Assembly (NCBI GenBank): GCA_027001995.1
Contig: JALTLO010000099.1
Location: 742-53,815, forward strand
DNA: 53,074 nt
Origin: Planctomycetota bacterium
GTDB lineage: Bacteria > Planctomycetota > GCA-002687715 > DRQF01
Reading direction: 5' to 3'
Position 1 is the first letter of the stretch. Each line of letters begins with the position of its first letter. The translations under genes and the position numbers were made by a program. The notes under the pieces are model-generated. The model was not told the DNA's origin. It saw only the letters and a program-made list of their open reading frames with translations, and did not search any database. Below are positions 19,157-29,041 of the stretch, piece by piece.

Positions 19157-21307
19157 ATGAACATCAAGCCCTTGCAGAATTTGACACGAACATTAGCCCT
19201 GGTTCTTTTTTGGAGTCCCCTGCTTTTCTCCCAAGGCCAAGGGACACCCGGGACCACAGGCTTAGTCCCCCGTATCATTGTCGATCACCGGGAAGTTGGC
19301 GTTGCTAATAACTTGGTGATAGACGGCTTAACTCCTGGTACTTCCGTGACTTTGGCGGTGGCCTTGAGCGAGAACATCTTTCCTTTGCAGGGACTTGGAT
19401 ACGGCCCGGCGATATTCGGCCCAGACTTAAGCTCACCTTTTGGAGCTGCGGCGTTTCCGGGGCTGATCGCCAACACCAACGGCGAGGTCCACCTTCCTTT
19501 CGTGGGTTCTATGAGCAGTGCCCACATTCCTTTTCACTTTCAGGCTTACGCCATCGATGCCGGGGCGCCATTCGGCGGCGTCTCCTTCTCCCGCTACGAA
19601 GTCTTGTCATTCGGACTCGAGCCAGAAATAACGCCCATTCGATTCGATCTTCTTGGCAACGAGGCTTGGCTCCAGATCTTTTCCTACGGCGCCCTAGCCA
19701 CACCCACGAGCCCAGAACTGAACGCCGCTTCCCCTCGTGACATTTTCCTGGCAAGCTCAAACGAAACGGCCTCTGCCAGATCGGACACATCAACGCAGAT
19801 CACCATCGCTGGCTCGTCCAAGGCCATCCATTTACCCAACGGTGCCACTCTTCACGGGGTGCAAAGCCCGACAAATGAAACGGGTTTCGTTTTGGTAGAC
19901 CCGAAGGGAAGCATCGAACTCTTGGCTTGGGACCAAGGAACCTCGCTTCTTCCAGCGTTCGCCAATGTGATCGCCAGCTCTGAACACGATCCTTACTCAG
20001 CCTTTGTCAGCCCCCAAGGGCTAGCCGCATACAGCAATGCCAACCTCCTGGTGGTCCGCAATGATGGCTGGAATATCCCTGGGTCCCACCTGGACTATTT
20101 CGCCCTGCAAGCACCCAATGGAATCCCGATTGAACCCACATCCATGTGCTTTTTGAATGGAGCCCTTTTCTTCGGGGATGGCGCTCAGGTTCTCTACCGT
20201 CTTGATCTACAAACATGGGTCACCACAGCAGTTGTTTTCCCGGCCTCCGGAGGCCTCACGCCCATCTATTTAGACGAAACCATGGCTTGTGCTGCCGACG
20301 GGACAGCCTTGGCCCTGGGTGCCGGAGTCGACAAGTTCAATCATGACATCTTCGTCGTCGACGCTAGCGGACTTGCAACAAACCTGACCAACCTGCCTGG
20401 AGACTATGAGGACGCGGGAATTGGCGAAGCGTCTGGCATGCAGATGGCCATGAATGGGGACGGCTCCCAAGTTGCCTACATGCGCACCGTACTGGAAACA
20501 GAACTTTTCACGAAGTCAACCACTCCTGGAGCCACAGAAACCCATGTCACGCACGCTGCCCAATACATCGATTCAATCGACACGATCGTCGGTTTGGGCT
20601 ACAAGACATCTGGGGATTTGGTTTTTTCCGCCGGCAAGGACTTGATAGAGGTAGACACCTATCGGGCAATTATCCCAGCCCTTGGTGGACCCGTCACCAC
20701 GGTTGCGAACGAAACTGGAACTTCAGGGATCTTAGCACCAATCTACGACCTGGGAGCCTCGTTAACTTTGGCTGGGCGACTCACAACAGACCGGGGAGCA
20801 CTGCTTCACTTCACCAACTCATCGGGCCCCGGTCGCCTTCAACTTTTAGGACCAAACACCCAATCCCTGCCCTTAGATGTGGGAACGATGCAGGGCGTTT
20901 TGGCCCTTCCCAACTGTGTGGTTGTGGTCGATGAATCCGCTCCTGGTGTGCAACGAATACGGGAGCTCAATACACTTCAGGCAACATTGAACTCAACATT
21001 CACCTCAGCTCCTGGCAGCACTTTCCTCGCCATGGTCAAAGGAAGCGGGCAAATTGCCGTCCTCTTGCAGACGCCTACAGGCTCTCAAGTTGTGCTCAGA
21101 ACAACAGGAGGGTTGATCTCATTTCCTGGACCCAGCGGGATCTTGAGCGGGGGGATCCGCTTGTTAAACGACGGTAGCATTTTGGTGATCACCACCCATG
21201 TCTCCACCGGCCTCACTGAGCTTTGGGCTCGAAATCCACAATCGGGAGTTTGGGCCTTGGCCTCGTCGATGAATCAGTCGGCGGCCAGCGCCGTTTTCTT
21301 GCGTTAG
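19157..21307 (+). CDS. Large secreted beta-propeller (TolB-like) hypothetical protein
   Basis: Signal peptide from MNIKPLQ; CAADGTALAL, DIFVVD...TNLT and MNGDGSQVAY propeller-type blades; N-terminal ~110-aa beta-sandwich-like domain. Confidence 0.75.
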   Translation: MNIKPLQNLTRTLALVLFWSPLLFSQGQGTPGTTGLVPRIIVDHREVGVANNLVIDGLTPGTSVTLAVALSENIFPLQGLGYGPAIFGPDLSSPFGAAAFPGLIANTNGEVHLPFVGSMSSAHIPFHFQAYAIDAGAPFGGVSFSRYEVLSFGLEPEITPIRFDLLGNEAWLQIFSYGALATPTSPELNAASPRDIFLASSNETASARSDTSTQITIAGSSKAIHLPNGATLHGVQSPTNETGFVLVDPKGSIELLAWDQGTSLLPAFANVIASSEHDPYSAFVSPQGLAAYSNANLLVVRNDGWNIPGSHLDYFALQAPNGIPIEPTSMCFLNGALFFGDGAQVLYRLDLQTWVTTAVVFPASGGLTPIYLDETMACAADGTALALGAGVDKFNHDIFVVDASGLATNLTNLPGDYEDAGIGEASGMQMAMNGDGSQVAYMRTVLETELFTKSTTPGATETHVTHAAQYIDSIDTIVGLGYKTSGDLVFSAGKDLIEVDTYRAIIPALGGPVTTVANETGTSGILAPIYDLGASLTLAGRLTTDRGALLHFTNSSGPGRLQLLGPNTQSLPLDVGTMQGVLALPNCVVVVDESAPGVQRIRELNTLQATLNSTFTSAPGSTFLAMVKGSGQIAVLLQTPTGSQVVLRTTGGLISFPGPSGILSGGIRLLNDGSILVITTHVSTGLTELWARNPQSGVWALASSMNQSAASAVFLR

Positions 21308-21376
21308 TCTGCCGCCCGGTCCTCAACAAGACCAACCGGTTGGTCTCCATCGCGTTATGGGTTATCCCATAGCGCC

Positions 21377-22624
21377 ATGCTCAAGCCACCCGCCACAAGT
21401 TTCTACGGTCGAAATAGCTACCGCAAGCAACTCTGGGCCGAGATTTTGGTGGCCCCTGGTGCCGAAACTGCGCTCTTGGGCATCTTTCTGCTGAGCCGGA
21501 TCTTCGAACCCAGCAGACTCGACATCACTCTGCTCTTTGCTCTGAATCATCTGTCGTTCTTGTTGGCCCCGTGGATCACCGATCGCATTCGTTTATGGCC
21601 GGCGGCCAAAGTCTGCAACTTGGTCCTCCTCCTCAGCGTCGTACCCCTATTCTGCGCCGGATTGTTTCGTGGATTCTGGGGCTTAGGCCCACTCCTGGTA
21701 ATCGCCAACATCGCCTTTGTGGCTATCATGGTTCCTTTGCGCAATCGGATCTTGCGTGCCAACTATGACAACACCGAACGGGGAGCCGTTTATGGGCGCT
21801 CCAAATCCATCGCCACGGGTTTGTTCTTTGGGGTCATTCTAGCTGGGGCGTATCGCCTCACCGATCATCCTGCCGACATCTATTGGATGCTTCCCATCTT
21901 TGGCCTCACTTCCCTTATCGGGGGCCTCCTATTTCGCCGCTTGAGGGTACGCAAGGAGAGGCTTTCTTTAGCCATAGAAGCTCAAAGACCGCGCAATAGC
22001 AGTAAGAAAATTTATGGAGAGCTCTTCCAGCTCTACCGAGAGCACAAGCGATTCCGCAATTTCGAAATTGCCTTCATGATTTACGGGTTGGGGTTCATGC
22101 TCACCATCACCCAAGAAATCCCAGCGATTGCCAGAGAAACGGACATCCGCCCCGTGGGCATCGTCCTCGGCATTCACGGTTTAACACCTTTCATGAAGAT
22201 GCTCTTCATGACCTTCTTTGGCCGGCTCATGGATCGAGCAGGAGTTGCTAGAACTGCGGCGCTTTCCTTTCTTCTGTTGGCGGCTTATCCCCTGGCTGTT
22301 TGGGCCGCTGTCAGCGCTTCAAGCATTGCGATCTGGTTTATGGCCCGTTGCCTCTTCGGCATGGCCATGGCTGGTGTTGATGTTTGCTGGTCTCTCGGAC
22401 CTGTCATGTTTGGTGGAGCGGAAAAAGCAGCCCGTTACAGTGCGGCCCACATTTTCGCTGTTGGGATCCGAGCGGCGATCGTTCCGGTGCTGGGTTACTT
22501 CATCCACCAGCACATCGGCAGCTATACCTATGCCCTGGCGGCAAGCGTTCTTGTCTTTGCTGCTGGGTACATGCTAAGGCAGCAATCCAGAGCAACGAGC
22601 GTTATTGCTTCCGAACCTCAATGA
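21377..22624 (+). CDS. MFS transporter
   Basis: About 12 hydrophobic segments; FGRLMDRAG motif-A-like loop; ERGAVYG. Confidence 0.88.
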   Translation: MLKPPATSFYGRNSYRKQLWAEILVAPGAETALLGIFLLSRIFEPSRLDITLLFALNHLSFLLAPWITDRIRLWPAAKVCNLVLLLSVVPLFCAGLFRGFWGLGPLLVIANIAFVAIMVPLRNRILRANYDNTERGAVYGRSKSIATGLFFGVILAGAYRLTDHPADIYWMLPIFGLTSLIGGLLFRRLRVRKERLSLAIEAQRPRNSSKKIYGELFQLYREHKRFRNFEIAFMIYGLGFMLTITQEIPAIARETDIRPVGIVLGIHGLTPFMKMLFMTFFGRLMDRAGVARTAALSFLLLAAYPLAVWAAVSASSIAIWFMARCLFGMAMAGVDVCWSLGPVMFGGAEKAARYSAAHIFAVGIRAAIVPVLGYFIHQHIGSYTYALAASVLVFAAGYMLRQQSRATSVIASEPQ

Positions 22625-23846
22625 CAGCACTGCCTACAACTTCGTTATCCAAGTCTGTCCACGAGATGATGGCTCGTTTCCCGTCACTGGCCAAAGTCGG
22701 AAAGCCACTCCTCCTAGAATCGACGACATCAGCCACCTTGATCGCTTCATCGACTTTGCCGTCTTGAGTGATCAAGCACGCTTTGAGAGCAAGCTTGTCG
22801 TTTTCGAGAACGTCAAACCACGCCACAACAGCGCTGCCGTCCTCCAAGCAAGTTCCAGCCAACCTACCAATATTCGTGCCTTGGTCGATCACGATGGGCT
22901 CAGAAAAAGAGACTCCCTGGTCTTGAGACCGAGCAAATTTGATGACCGGCTGATGATTTTCGTCTTGGGTAAACCAAAGGACCGCTAACTGCGATCCCCG
23001 CGCCATGAGCACGGGACCGTTAACCGGTCAGCCAGGCATCTTCCAGTTGTCTGGATAGATGATTCTTGGCTTGCTCCACTTTTCACCATCGAAACGACTT
23101 AAAGAGATGTCTCTGATCTCACCGTCTTTTCGATCGCGATAAACAAGCACCGGAGTTCCCCCCACCAAGGCTGCGGAAGTTGAGCAGCATTCACAGGTAC
23201 GATCGTCAATGCGCACCTCGTCTTCCATTCGTCCTTTGGCGTTAAACCGGACGCTCCACAGCTCCATAAAACCCGTTGTTGCATGAGCCCGCGAATCCAA
23301 CCACGCGGCCCGATAAGTTCCAGCACCTTCAGGCAGGATAGAAACGAAACCGTGTTCACTGCTCTCAATCTCGGAATGAAGCCAAAACGGTTTACTCCAA
23401 TTCGCCCCACCATCGGAAGAAACCGCAGCGCGCACGCTATAACCCATGCCTTTGTCATTCTCCACCAACCAATGAGCCGCCATGTTATTTGAAACGCCCC
23501 CGACAACGGACGGAAAGTCCGCCCAGTTGAGCATCAAGTTATCACCTTCAGCCACAGTGACAGGAGTTGTCCACTTGTCGTCTTCCAAGAAGGCAAGTTT
23601 GAAGATAGCCCCTCTATCGCCGACTTCCTCCACCCAACTCATGTGTACCCGGCCATTCGGACCTACACCCACCCTTGACAAATGGCTCTTGGGCCCCGCG
23701 ATCTTGGCCAAGGGTGAAACCGACAAAAACACAGTTTGAGGCCCATCTTCTGGAGGTGAATCCTGCTTTTCCGAGCACCCATTCAAGAAGAAGAGGCACA
23801 CAAGCAAAACAAGATTCGTCGTTGGATTAAGTTGGATTGTTTGCAT
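22602..23846 (-). CDS. BNR/sialidase-fold lipoprotein, probable selenoprotein (in-frame TGA at 23028-23030, residue 273 of 414)
   Basis: ORFs 23028..23846 and 22602..23012 are in the same frame, separated by one TGA: DNWKMPG*PVNGPVLMARG. Lipobox FLNG-C, NWADFPS, Asp-boxes SSDGGANW and SQDQGVSF, EHGFVS and TCECCSTS motifs. Confidence 0.85.
22980..23030 (-). promoter_or_regulatory. Candidate SECIS-like stem-loop beginning at the UGA
   Basis: mRNA U-GACCG-G-UUAAC-GGUCCC-GUGC-[UCAUG]-GCGC-GGGGAUC-GCA-GUUAG-CGGUC. The arms pair over three stacked helices and the apical loop starts 19 nt after the UGA. Confidence 0.6.
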
Positions 23847-24298
23847 AGGCCGACTGTAGAGGTTCTCATGACCAAAGCAAGTAGTAGCATAACTTCAACT
23901 CATGCGATTGATGGCAGCCGAGTTCCTGGAAACGCTTCCGCAGGGTAACAAAAGTCGTGGTTTCCATTTTCGTCGTTGGAGGTAGGCACTCTGGCCGTTT
24001 CATTCACAAACTCACGATTTGGGCTTGAATAGCCGATTATCGGCGTTATTCGGCATTCGGCACGTTTCGGCACAACCATTGCGTATTCCCCGACGATGAG
24101 ACTTGAGCTTGGCAGTCCTGAGAGCGGATCAATATCACCCGACACGCTCCAAAATTTGGAATCCAAAATCGAGTGTTCATGAACTTCATGTGGTGATCTC
24201 CGACTGAGGAGACGCGGCGAGCCGAATTGTGGGCATCTACCAAGGCGAAAGAGCCCGCAATCAATCACTGACAGTTCATGAGTTTATTAGGGGAAGAC

Positions 24299-25957
24299 AT
24301 GTTTATTCTAAAACTAAGACGAGCCATCATGGTCGGCATCATCGGGCTTGGCCTTGCTGCCCAAGCAGATGCACAACTCATGGCAACCTATTTGTTCACC
24401 GGCAGCAGCGCTGGGTCTGATTTCGGAGAAGATGTGGACAGTGCAGGAGATGTCAACGGCGACGGTTTTGATGACGTCATCATTGGATCTTCCGGAGACG
24501 ACACGTCATTCGTCAACGCTGGTAAAGCCGTGGTCTATTCCGGTTTCGATGGCAGTGTTCTTCACACCTTCCTGGGAGCCGCCTCAGGCTCCTACTTAGG
24601 ATACGCCGTCAGTGGTGCCGACGACATCAATGGGGATGGATTTGACGATGTGATGGTGAGCGACTATCCCGCAGGTGCATCGGCGACCCCCGGTCGGGTC
24701 ACCATTTACTCCGGATTCGACGGTAGCGTCTTAGCAGCTCACTTTGGAACCATGACAGGTGAAGTGTTCGGCTATGCCATCGCAAGGGCTGGCGACGTTG
24801 ACAACGACGGCGCCCCTGACATCATCGTTGGTGCACCGTTCAATGCCCTTTTGGGTTTCTACACAGGCCGTGCCTATGTCATATCCGGAGCCACCGGGCT
24901 CACCCTCTACACGTTTACTGGCGTTGCTCCCGGCGGTTACTTAGGTCGGTCTGTGGACGGAGCTGGTGACGTCAACGGGGATGGGTTCGACGATGTCATC
25001 GTTGGCTCGCCTGTTGCGATGAATGCAGCTGGCACCCTAACAGGCAACGCACAGATCTTCTCTGGCATTGACGGCAGCCTTATCAAGAAGATTGACGGGC
25101 CCGGCGCCAGCGGTCGTTTCGGACACTCCGTCAGTAGTGCCGGTGACATCGACCAGGATGGATATTCTGACTACATCATCGGTTCTCCGTTCTTCGGCCA
25201 ATTCCCCCTTAATAGGAGGGGAGCGGCCTACGTCTATTCCGGACAAACAGGACAACTCCTCCACACCATCATGGGCGCAAACTCCTCAGATAATTTGGGT
25301 GAAGACGTCAGCGACTGCGGCGACGTGGACGGTGATGGATTTCCAGACTTCGTGATCGTTAAGGCCGCCCAGTTTAGCGGCGCCCAACCCGAAGCCCTTC
25401 TCTACTCTGGGAAGTCAATCAGTCTTTTGGTTTCTCTCACTGGGACTCCTGGCACAGGAACGAATGTCGTTGTCAACGGAGCAGGTGACGTCAATGGCGA
25501 CGGATTTGATGATCTTGTTGTTGGTCGGCCCACCCATTTGGGCACAGGCACTGCTCGTACCCTCGTGGCCCAGACTCTAGCCGTTCTGAATTATTCTGAC
25601 GATGATCGAAGCACAGGACTTCATCTGGAATGGAATCCCTTATCAGGCAATATCAACAGCCTTTCGGGAAGCCTTGTGGGAAGTGGGGCCACCCCCAATG
25701 CCCTTGGGTTCTATGGTGTGAGCTTGGCACCGGCAGAGCTCCAGATCTTCGGTTTCCCCTTGCTTATTGCAGTGGACCAGACCCTCAATCTCATCGAAAC
25801 CGGAACCTTCACCTTTGATGCCATGGGTTCTTTTGTCGCTCCCAACATCAGCCGCCAACATCCGACGATTGTCGGTTCACTCATCCATGTTCAGTGGTTT
25901 GAGGTCAGCCCCAACTTGGCGAGTTCGAATGGCATTCGTTTGACCATGGAAATGTAG
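24299..25957 (+). CDS. Secreted FG-GAP (integrin alpha-like beta-propeller) repeat protein
   Basis: Seven AGDVNGDGFDD..VG-type repeats; signal peptide ending ADA-Q; AGGGGA SD before ATG 24299. Confidence 0.93.
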   Translation: MFILKLRRAIMVGIIGLGLAAQADAQLMATYLFTGSSAGSDFGEDVDSAGDVNGDGFDDVIIGSSGDDTSFVNAGKAVVYSGFDGSVLHTFLGAASGSYLGYAVSGADDINGDGFDDVMVSDYPAGASATPGRVTIYSGFDGSVLAAHFGTMTGEVFGYAIARAGDVDNDGAPDIIVGAPFNALLGFYTGRAYVISGATGLTLYTFTGVAPGGYLGRSVDGAGDVNGDGFDDVIVGSPVAMNAAGTLTGNAQIFSGIDGSLIKKIDGPGASGRFGHSVSSAGDIDQDGYSDYIIGSPFFGQFPLNRRGAAYVYSGQTGQLLHTIMGANSSDNLGEDVSDCGDVDGDGFPDFVIVKAAQFSGAQPEALLYSGKSISLLVSLTGTPGTGTNVVVNGAGDVNGDGFDDLVVGRPTHLGTGTARTLVAQTLAVLNYSDDDRSTGLHLEWNPLSGNINSLSGSLVGSGATPNALGFYGVSLAPAELQIFGFPLLIAVDQTLNLIETGTFTFDAMGSFVAPNISRQHPTIVGSLIHVQWFEVSPNLASSNGIRLTMEM

Positions 25958-25975
25958 AGTTTATCTTCTCGACTT

Positions 25976-26008
25976 AAGAGCGCTGTCCACCATCAGGACA
26001 GCGCTCTT
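25976..26008. terminator. Stem-loop between convergent genes (probable terminator)
   Basis: AAGAGCGCTGTCC-accatca-GGACAGCGCTCTT, a perfect 13-bp stem followed by a pyrimidine-rich tract. Confidence 0.75.
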
Positions 26009-26093
26009 GTTCTCTCATTTGGCGAAATTCACTTGAGCTAACAGGATTCTTGCTCACCGGAGATCAACACCGAACGACCATCTTCACAACCGT

Positions 26094-26552
26094 TTATCCT
26101 GGAGTTTCCCCGATAAAATCGCGAATTCCGGCAAAGGTATTGGTCCAACCGATCTTACATCCCTCATAGAATTCGTCGGCCACAGGGTTTTCAGGAAATC
26201 CATCTTGGGTCACCCGCAGAGAAGAAGATCCCTTGGCGACAGGCGAGACCAAAAACTCTGTGATGAAGTCGGCGTCAAAGGGCAATTCTCCCCCTTTGAC
26301 AAAATACTTGTAGTCACTGAAGACCAAACGACGAGGCGGTTCAAATTCTCGAATGGTCGCAATGGAGATGTAATCAGGATCGTCCACCGATTCACCCCAA
26401 GTGACGGCCCAAGTCCCTCCGGCTTGTGGCAACACGATAGCACTCTTGGCCTGCCACCATTGGCAAATTGAGGAAGGCGTATGCAAAAGCTCAAACAAGG
26501 TTTCTACATCAACAGGAAATTCTTCTTCGTGTATGTGTTTTCTCGTGTTCAA
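26094..26552 (-). CDS. SRPBCC/AHSA1 (START-like) domain protein
   Basis: VETLFELLHTP...QWW, REFEPPRRLVF, LRVTQDGF, GWTNTFAGIRDF; TTG start. Confidence 0.88.
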   Translation of the reverse strand: MNTRKHIHEEEFPVDVETLFELLHTPSSICQWWQAKSAIVLPQAGGTWAVTWGESVDDPDYISIATIREFEPPRRLVFSDYKYFVKGGELPFDADFITEFLVSPVAKGSSSLRVTQDGFPENPVADEFYEGCKIGWTNTFAGIRDFIGETPG

Positions 26553-26641
26553 TCCTTGGGTCCAAACAGCGATTTTATGAGATCAATGAATAGTCATTCG
26601 GCGGATTAAAGATGACAGTGAAGGCCGGGCGTAACCCGAAG

Positions 26642-27625
26642 CTATTTGTTGCTGTTCATGGCGTCTTTAAGTTGACGCCACATCCTATTCGCTTTCCTGT
26701 TGCTTGAACTCGACCGAAGACTTACGAATGATATTTTTTCGAAATGGGCTCCGTGATAGGCATCTACAATAGCAATGACCCGGCCATGGGGAACTCCCCG
26801 GTCAGATTCGATGCGTCCCATCAACTGAGGGTTCGTTTGGTGAATCGCCCCAAGCTGCTTTGCCAAGACTTCTTTTCTCTCGTCAAAGTTTGCCCCAGAC
26901 ACTTTCGCGCCATTCAGGAAAATCGCCGTATCTTGCTTGGCCAGCCCATCCCCCACCTTGCTGCCCTTAATTTGAAGAAGTTTGACAGATGTGAAACGAT
27001 CAGACATACCTTCGGTGACTTTTGCTTGAACAGATGCGTCATCTTCCTTTGTTTCCCCATTGGGATTCTCCTCCGCCAACTCTTCGCTCACCGCATCCGA
27101 AGAGATTTCAACAGGAAGATCGGCATTGATCGGTTTGGAATGTCCACCAGCCTGGTCCAAGGATGACAATTCGATCTTATAAATAGCGACATCCGGTGCC
27201 GCACACATTTGCAAAATCGCCTTAACGTAGTCGAACGTCTGGGCCGGATCACAACGGATCAAGACCTGGCGAGTGGAGAGATAGGGTCGTTCGCGATCGC
27301 GGAAGTCGACGTTGCTCACACCGTTGTCTTTCAAGACTTCTCTAAGTCCCACGAAATCCATGGCAGTGCCATCCACGATCATTTGGTCACCTGGAGGTGC
27401 AGTAATGGTAATCACCAGTTGATCTGTTGAGGATTCCATCGTTTTGCTGGGCCGGGTGGTTGATAGAGCCTTCTCTTCGGAGATTCCGGAACTATCCCTC
27501 GCTGCAGCCTCATCGTTGCCAGTTTTAGGAGCCGAGCAGGCAGAAAGAACCCCGAAGAACACTGCTATGATCAGCCCTGGCCTCATTACAAACTCGAAAT
27601 GTTTCATGCTTTCCTCTTCTTTCAT
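26642..27625 (-). CDS. Lipoprotein with two ExbD/TolR-like periplasmic domains
   Basis: Lipobox VLSA-C; VLIRCDPAQTFDYVKAILQMC and IESDRGVPHGRVIAIVDAYHGAHFEKISF are both ExbD C-domain patterns. Confidence 0.75.
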   Translation of the reverse strand: MKEEESMKHFEFVMRPGLIIAVFFGVLSACSAPKTGNDEAAARDSSGISEEKALSTTRPSKTMESSTDQLVITITAPPGDQMIVDGTAMDFVGLREVLKDNGVSNVDFRDRERPYLSTRQVLIRCDPAQTFDYVKAILQMCAAPDVAIYKIELSSLDQAGGHSKPINADLPVEISSDAVSEELAEENPNGETKEDDASVQAKVTEGMSDRFTSVKLLQIKGSKVGDGLAKQDTAIFLNGAKVSGANFDERKEVLAKQLGAIHQTNPQLMGRIESDRGVPHGRVIAIVDAYHGAHFEKISFVSLRSSSSNRKANRMWRQLKDAMNSNK

Positions 27626-27988
27626 GACTAAAGGGGCAACTCAAATCTCGTCGTTGCGCCGCAACTTGGAGAATAGGCTAGACTTGTCCCCAAAACGAGT
27701 GCAATACTTCAAAGTTCAGCGGATATTCTGGCGTAGGGAAGGACGCTCGTTTATGGCGCAAGACTTATGAGGGTTCACGCCAAAGAAATGCCACAGTCAC
27801 CCGTCGTTGGGGAGAGTTCTGCGCCGGTTTCGAAAACCGAATGTTGAGCATCTTGAAACCTACCGTCACAGCTATAGTCACCCTCGCAGACGGAAAATTA
27901 GTCGAGTTGAGTGGCCCTCGGTAAGAGGGGCGCAGAAGTACCAACGCCACAATGTCAGGAGGGGGGAATGCCAACTGGCCAGACCCCG

Positions 27989-29041
27989 TTAGTCCTCATC
28001 TCTGTTGTTAGCCACAACCTTAGAATTGTCCGACTTAAACACCCAGAAAAGGAACATCAAGGACGGGACTAAGACGAGGGCACCCAAGGCAGCTGTGACG
28101 AGAAAGACCCACAAGACACTCTCAGGAGCAGCGGCACCAAAAACTGTGATGTTGGGAGGGATGATATCGGGGTATTGGCCTACCGCCCACCCTCCTATGA
28201 CAGAGGTAACGGTGAAAGCAGAGCTCAAGGTGGCAAGACCAAAGCGCCTGCGCTGCAAGAACAGAATAGAGAGCCCCCCCGTCACCACAGAAAGAAGAAT
28301 CGGAATCAGTCCCTTCCCGAGAAGTGAGTCCCAAAGCAAAGGGGCATCCATGGCAACCACCAGCAAGCCACCGAATGCGAGCCCCCCCACCACCAACCCC
28401 ATAAGCAAAGAGCGTTTCCTCCAGGTCTCCACCAACTCTTGATTCCCCTCCCGGTTAGCGTCACGAGTCAGGAAAACTGCGGCAAGATAAGCACAAACGC
28501 CAACAGAGAAAAAGCCTGTGTAGATCGACAAGAAAGAGATCCAGCCGACAAGGTAGTCTCCGTGGAATTGACCGTTGCCATTGATTTCCAGATTGCCCGA
28601 TGCCACAGCTCCTGCCGACGCTCCCAGAAAGAAGGGTGTTAAAGTCGAGGACAGGGCGAAAACAACTCCCCAAACCTTCTGTACTTCGGCGTCCCCGTGG
28701 GCATAGTGCCGAAACACAAAACCACAGCCTCGAAAAACAATTCCCACCAAAGCCAAAGAAAATGGCACCCACAAAGCTCGGCTCATAGCGGCAAACACAG
28801 ACGGAAACGCAGAGAAGAGAAGCACCAAAACAAAAATCAGCCAGACGTGATTGGTTTCCCAAATGGGCCCCATAGCCCGATCGCAAAACCTTCTCTCTTC
28901 TACATTCATCCGAAAAGCCAAGTTGAATTGCCAAACTCCGGCACCAAAATCTGCTCCCCCTAAAACAGCATAGAGAATGAGGGCAATACCCGTCACCATG
29001 TAGAGAAGTACTTGAGGGCTAAAAAATACACTAAGATCCAT
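27989..29041 (-). CDS. cydB: Cytochrome bd ubiquinol oxidase subunit II
   Basis: LGGADFGAG, GPIWETNHVWLIF, IVFRG; overlaps the end of cydA. Confidence 0.95.
   Translation of the reverse strand: MDLSVFFSPQVLLYMVTGIALILYAVLGGADFGAGVWQFNLAFRMNVEERRFCDRAMGPIWETNHVWLIFVLVLLFSAFPSVFAAMSRALWVPFSLALVGIVFRGCGFVFRHYAHGDAEVQKVWGVVFALSSTLTPFFLGASAGAVASGNLEINGNGQFHGDYLVGWISFLSIYTGFFSVGVCAYLAAVFLTRDANREGNQELVETWRKRSLLMGLVVGGLAFGGLLVVAMDAPLLWDSLLGKGLIPILLSVVTGGLSILFLQRRRFGLATLSSAFTVTSVIGGWAVGQYPDIIPPNITVFGAAAPESVLWVFLVTAALGALVLVPSLMFLFWVFKSDNSKVVANNRDED

Noticed and set aside
23900..24268. Minus-strand ORFs of 122 and 72 aa in the divergent intergenic region
   Set aside because: Atypical composition and no motifs; likely spurious frames over promoter DNA.
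24430..25530. Periodic GAC/GGC-rich nucleotide repeats
   Set aside because: Explained by the FG-GAP protein repeats; not a CRISPR or DNA-level repeat. No CRISPR array was seen anywhere in the window.
27682..27948. Start-less open frame (...GVGKDARLWRKTYEG...LADGKLVELSGPR) and a TGT-TGA-GCA-TCT-TGA string in another frame
   Set aside because: No start or RBS and no recognisable family; the C-*-x-x-* string lies in a short frame with further stops.
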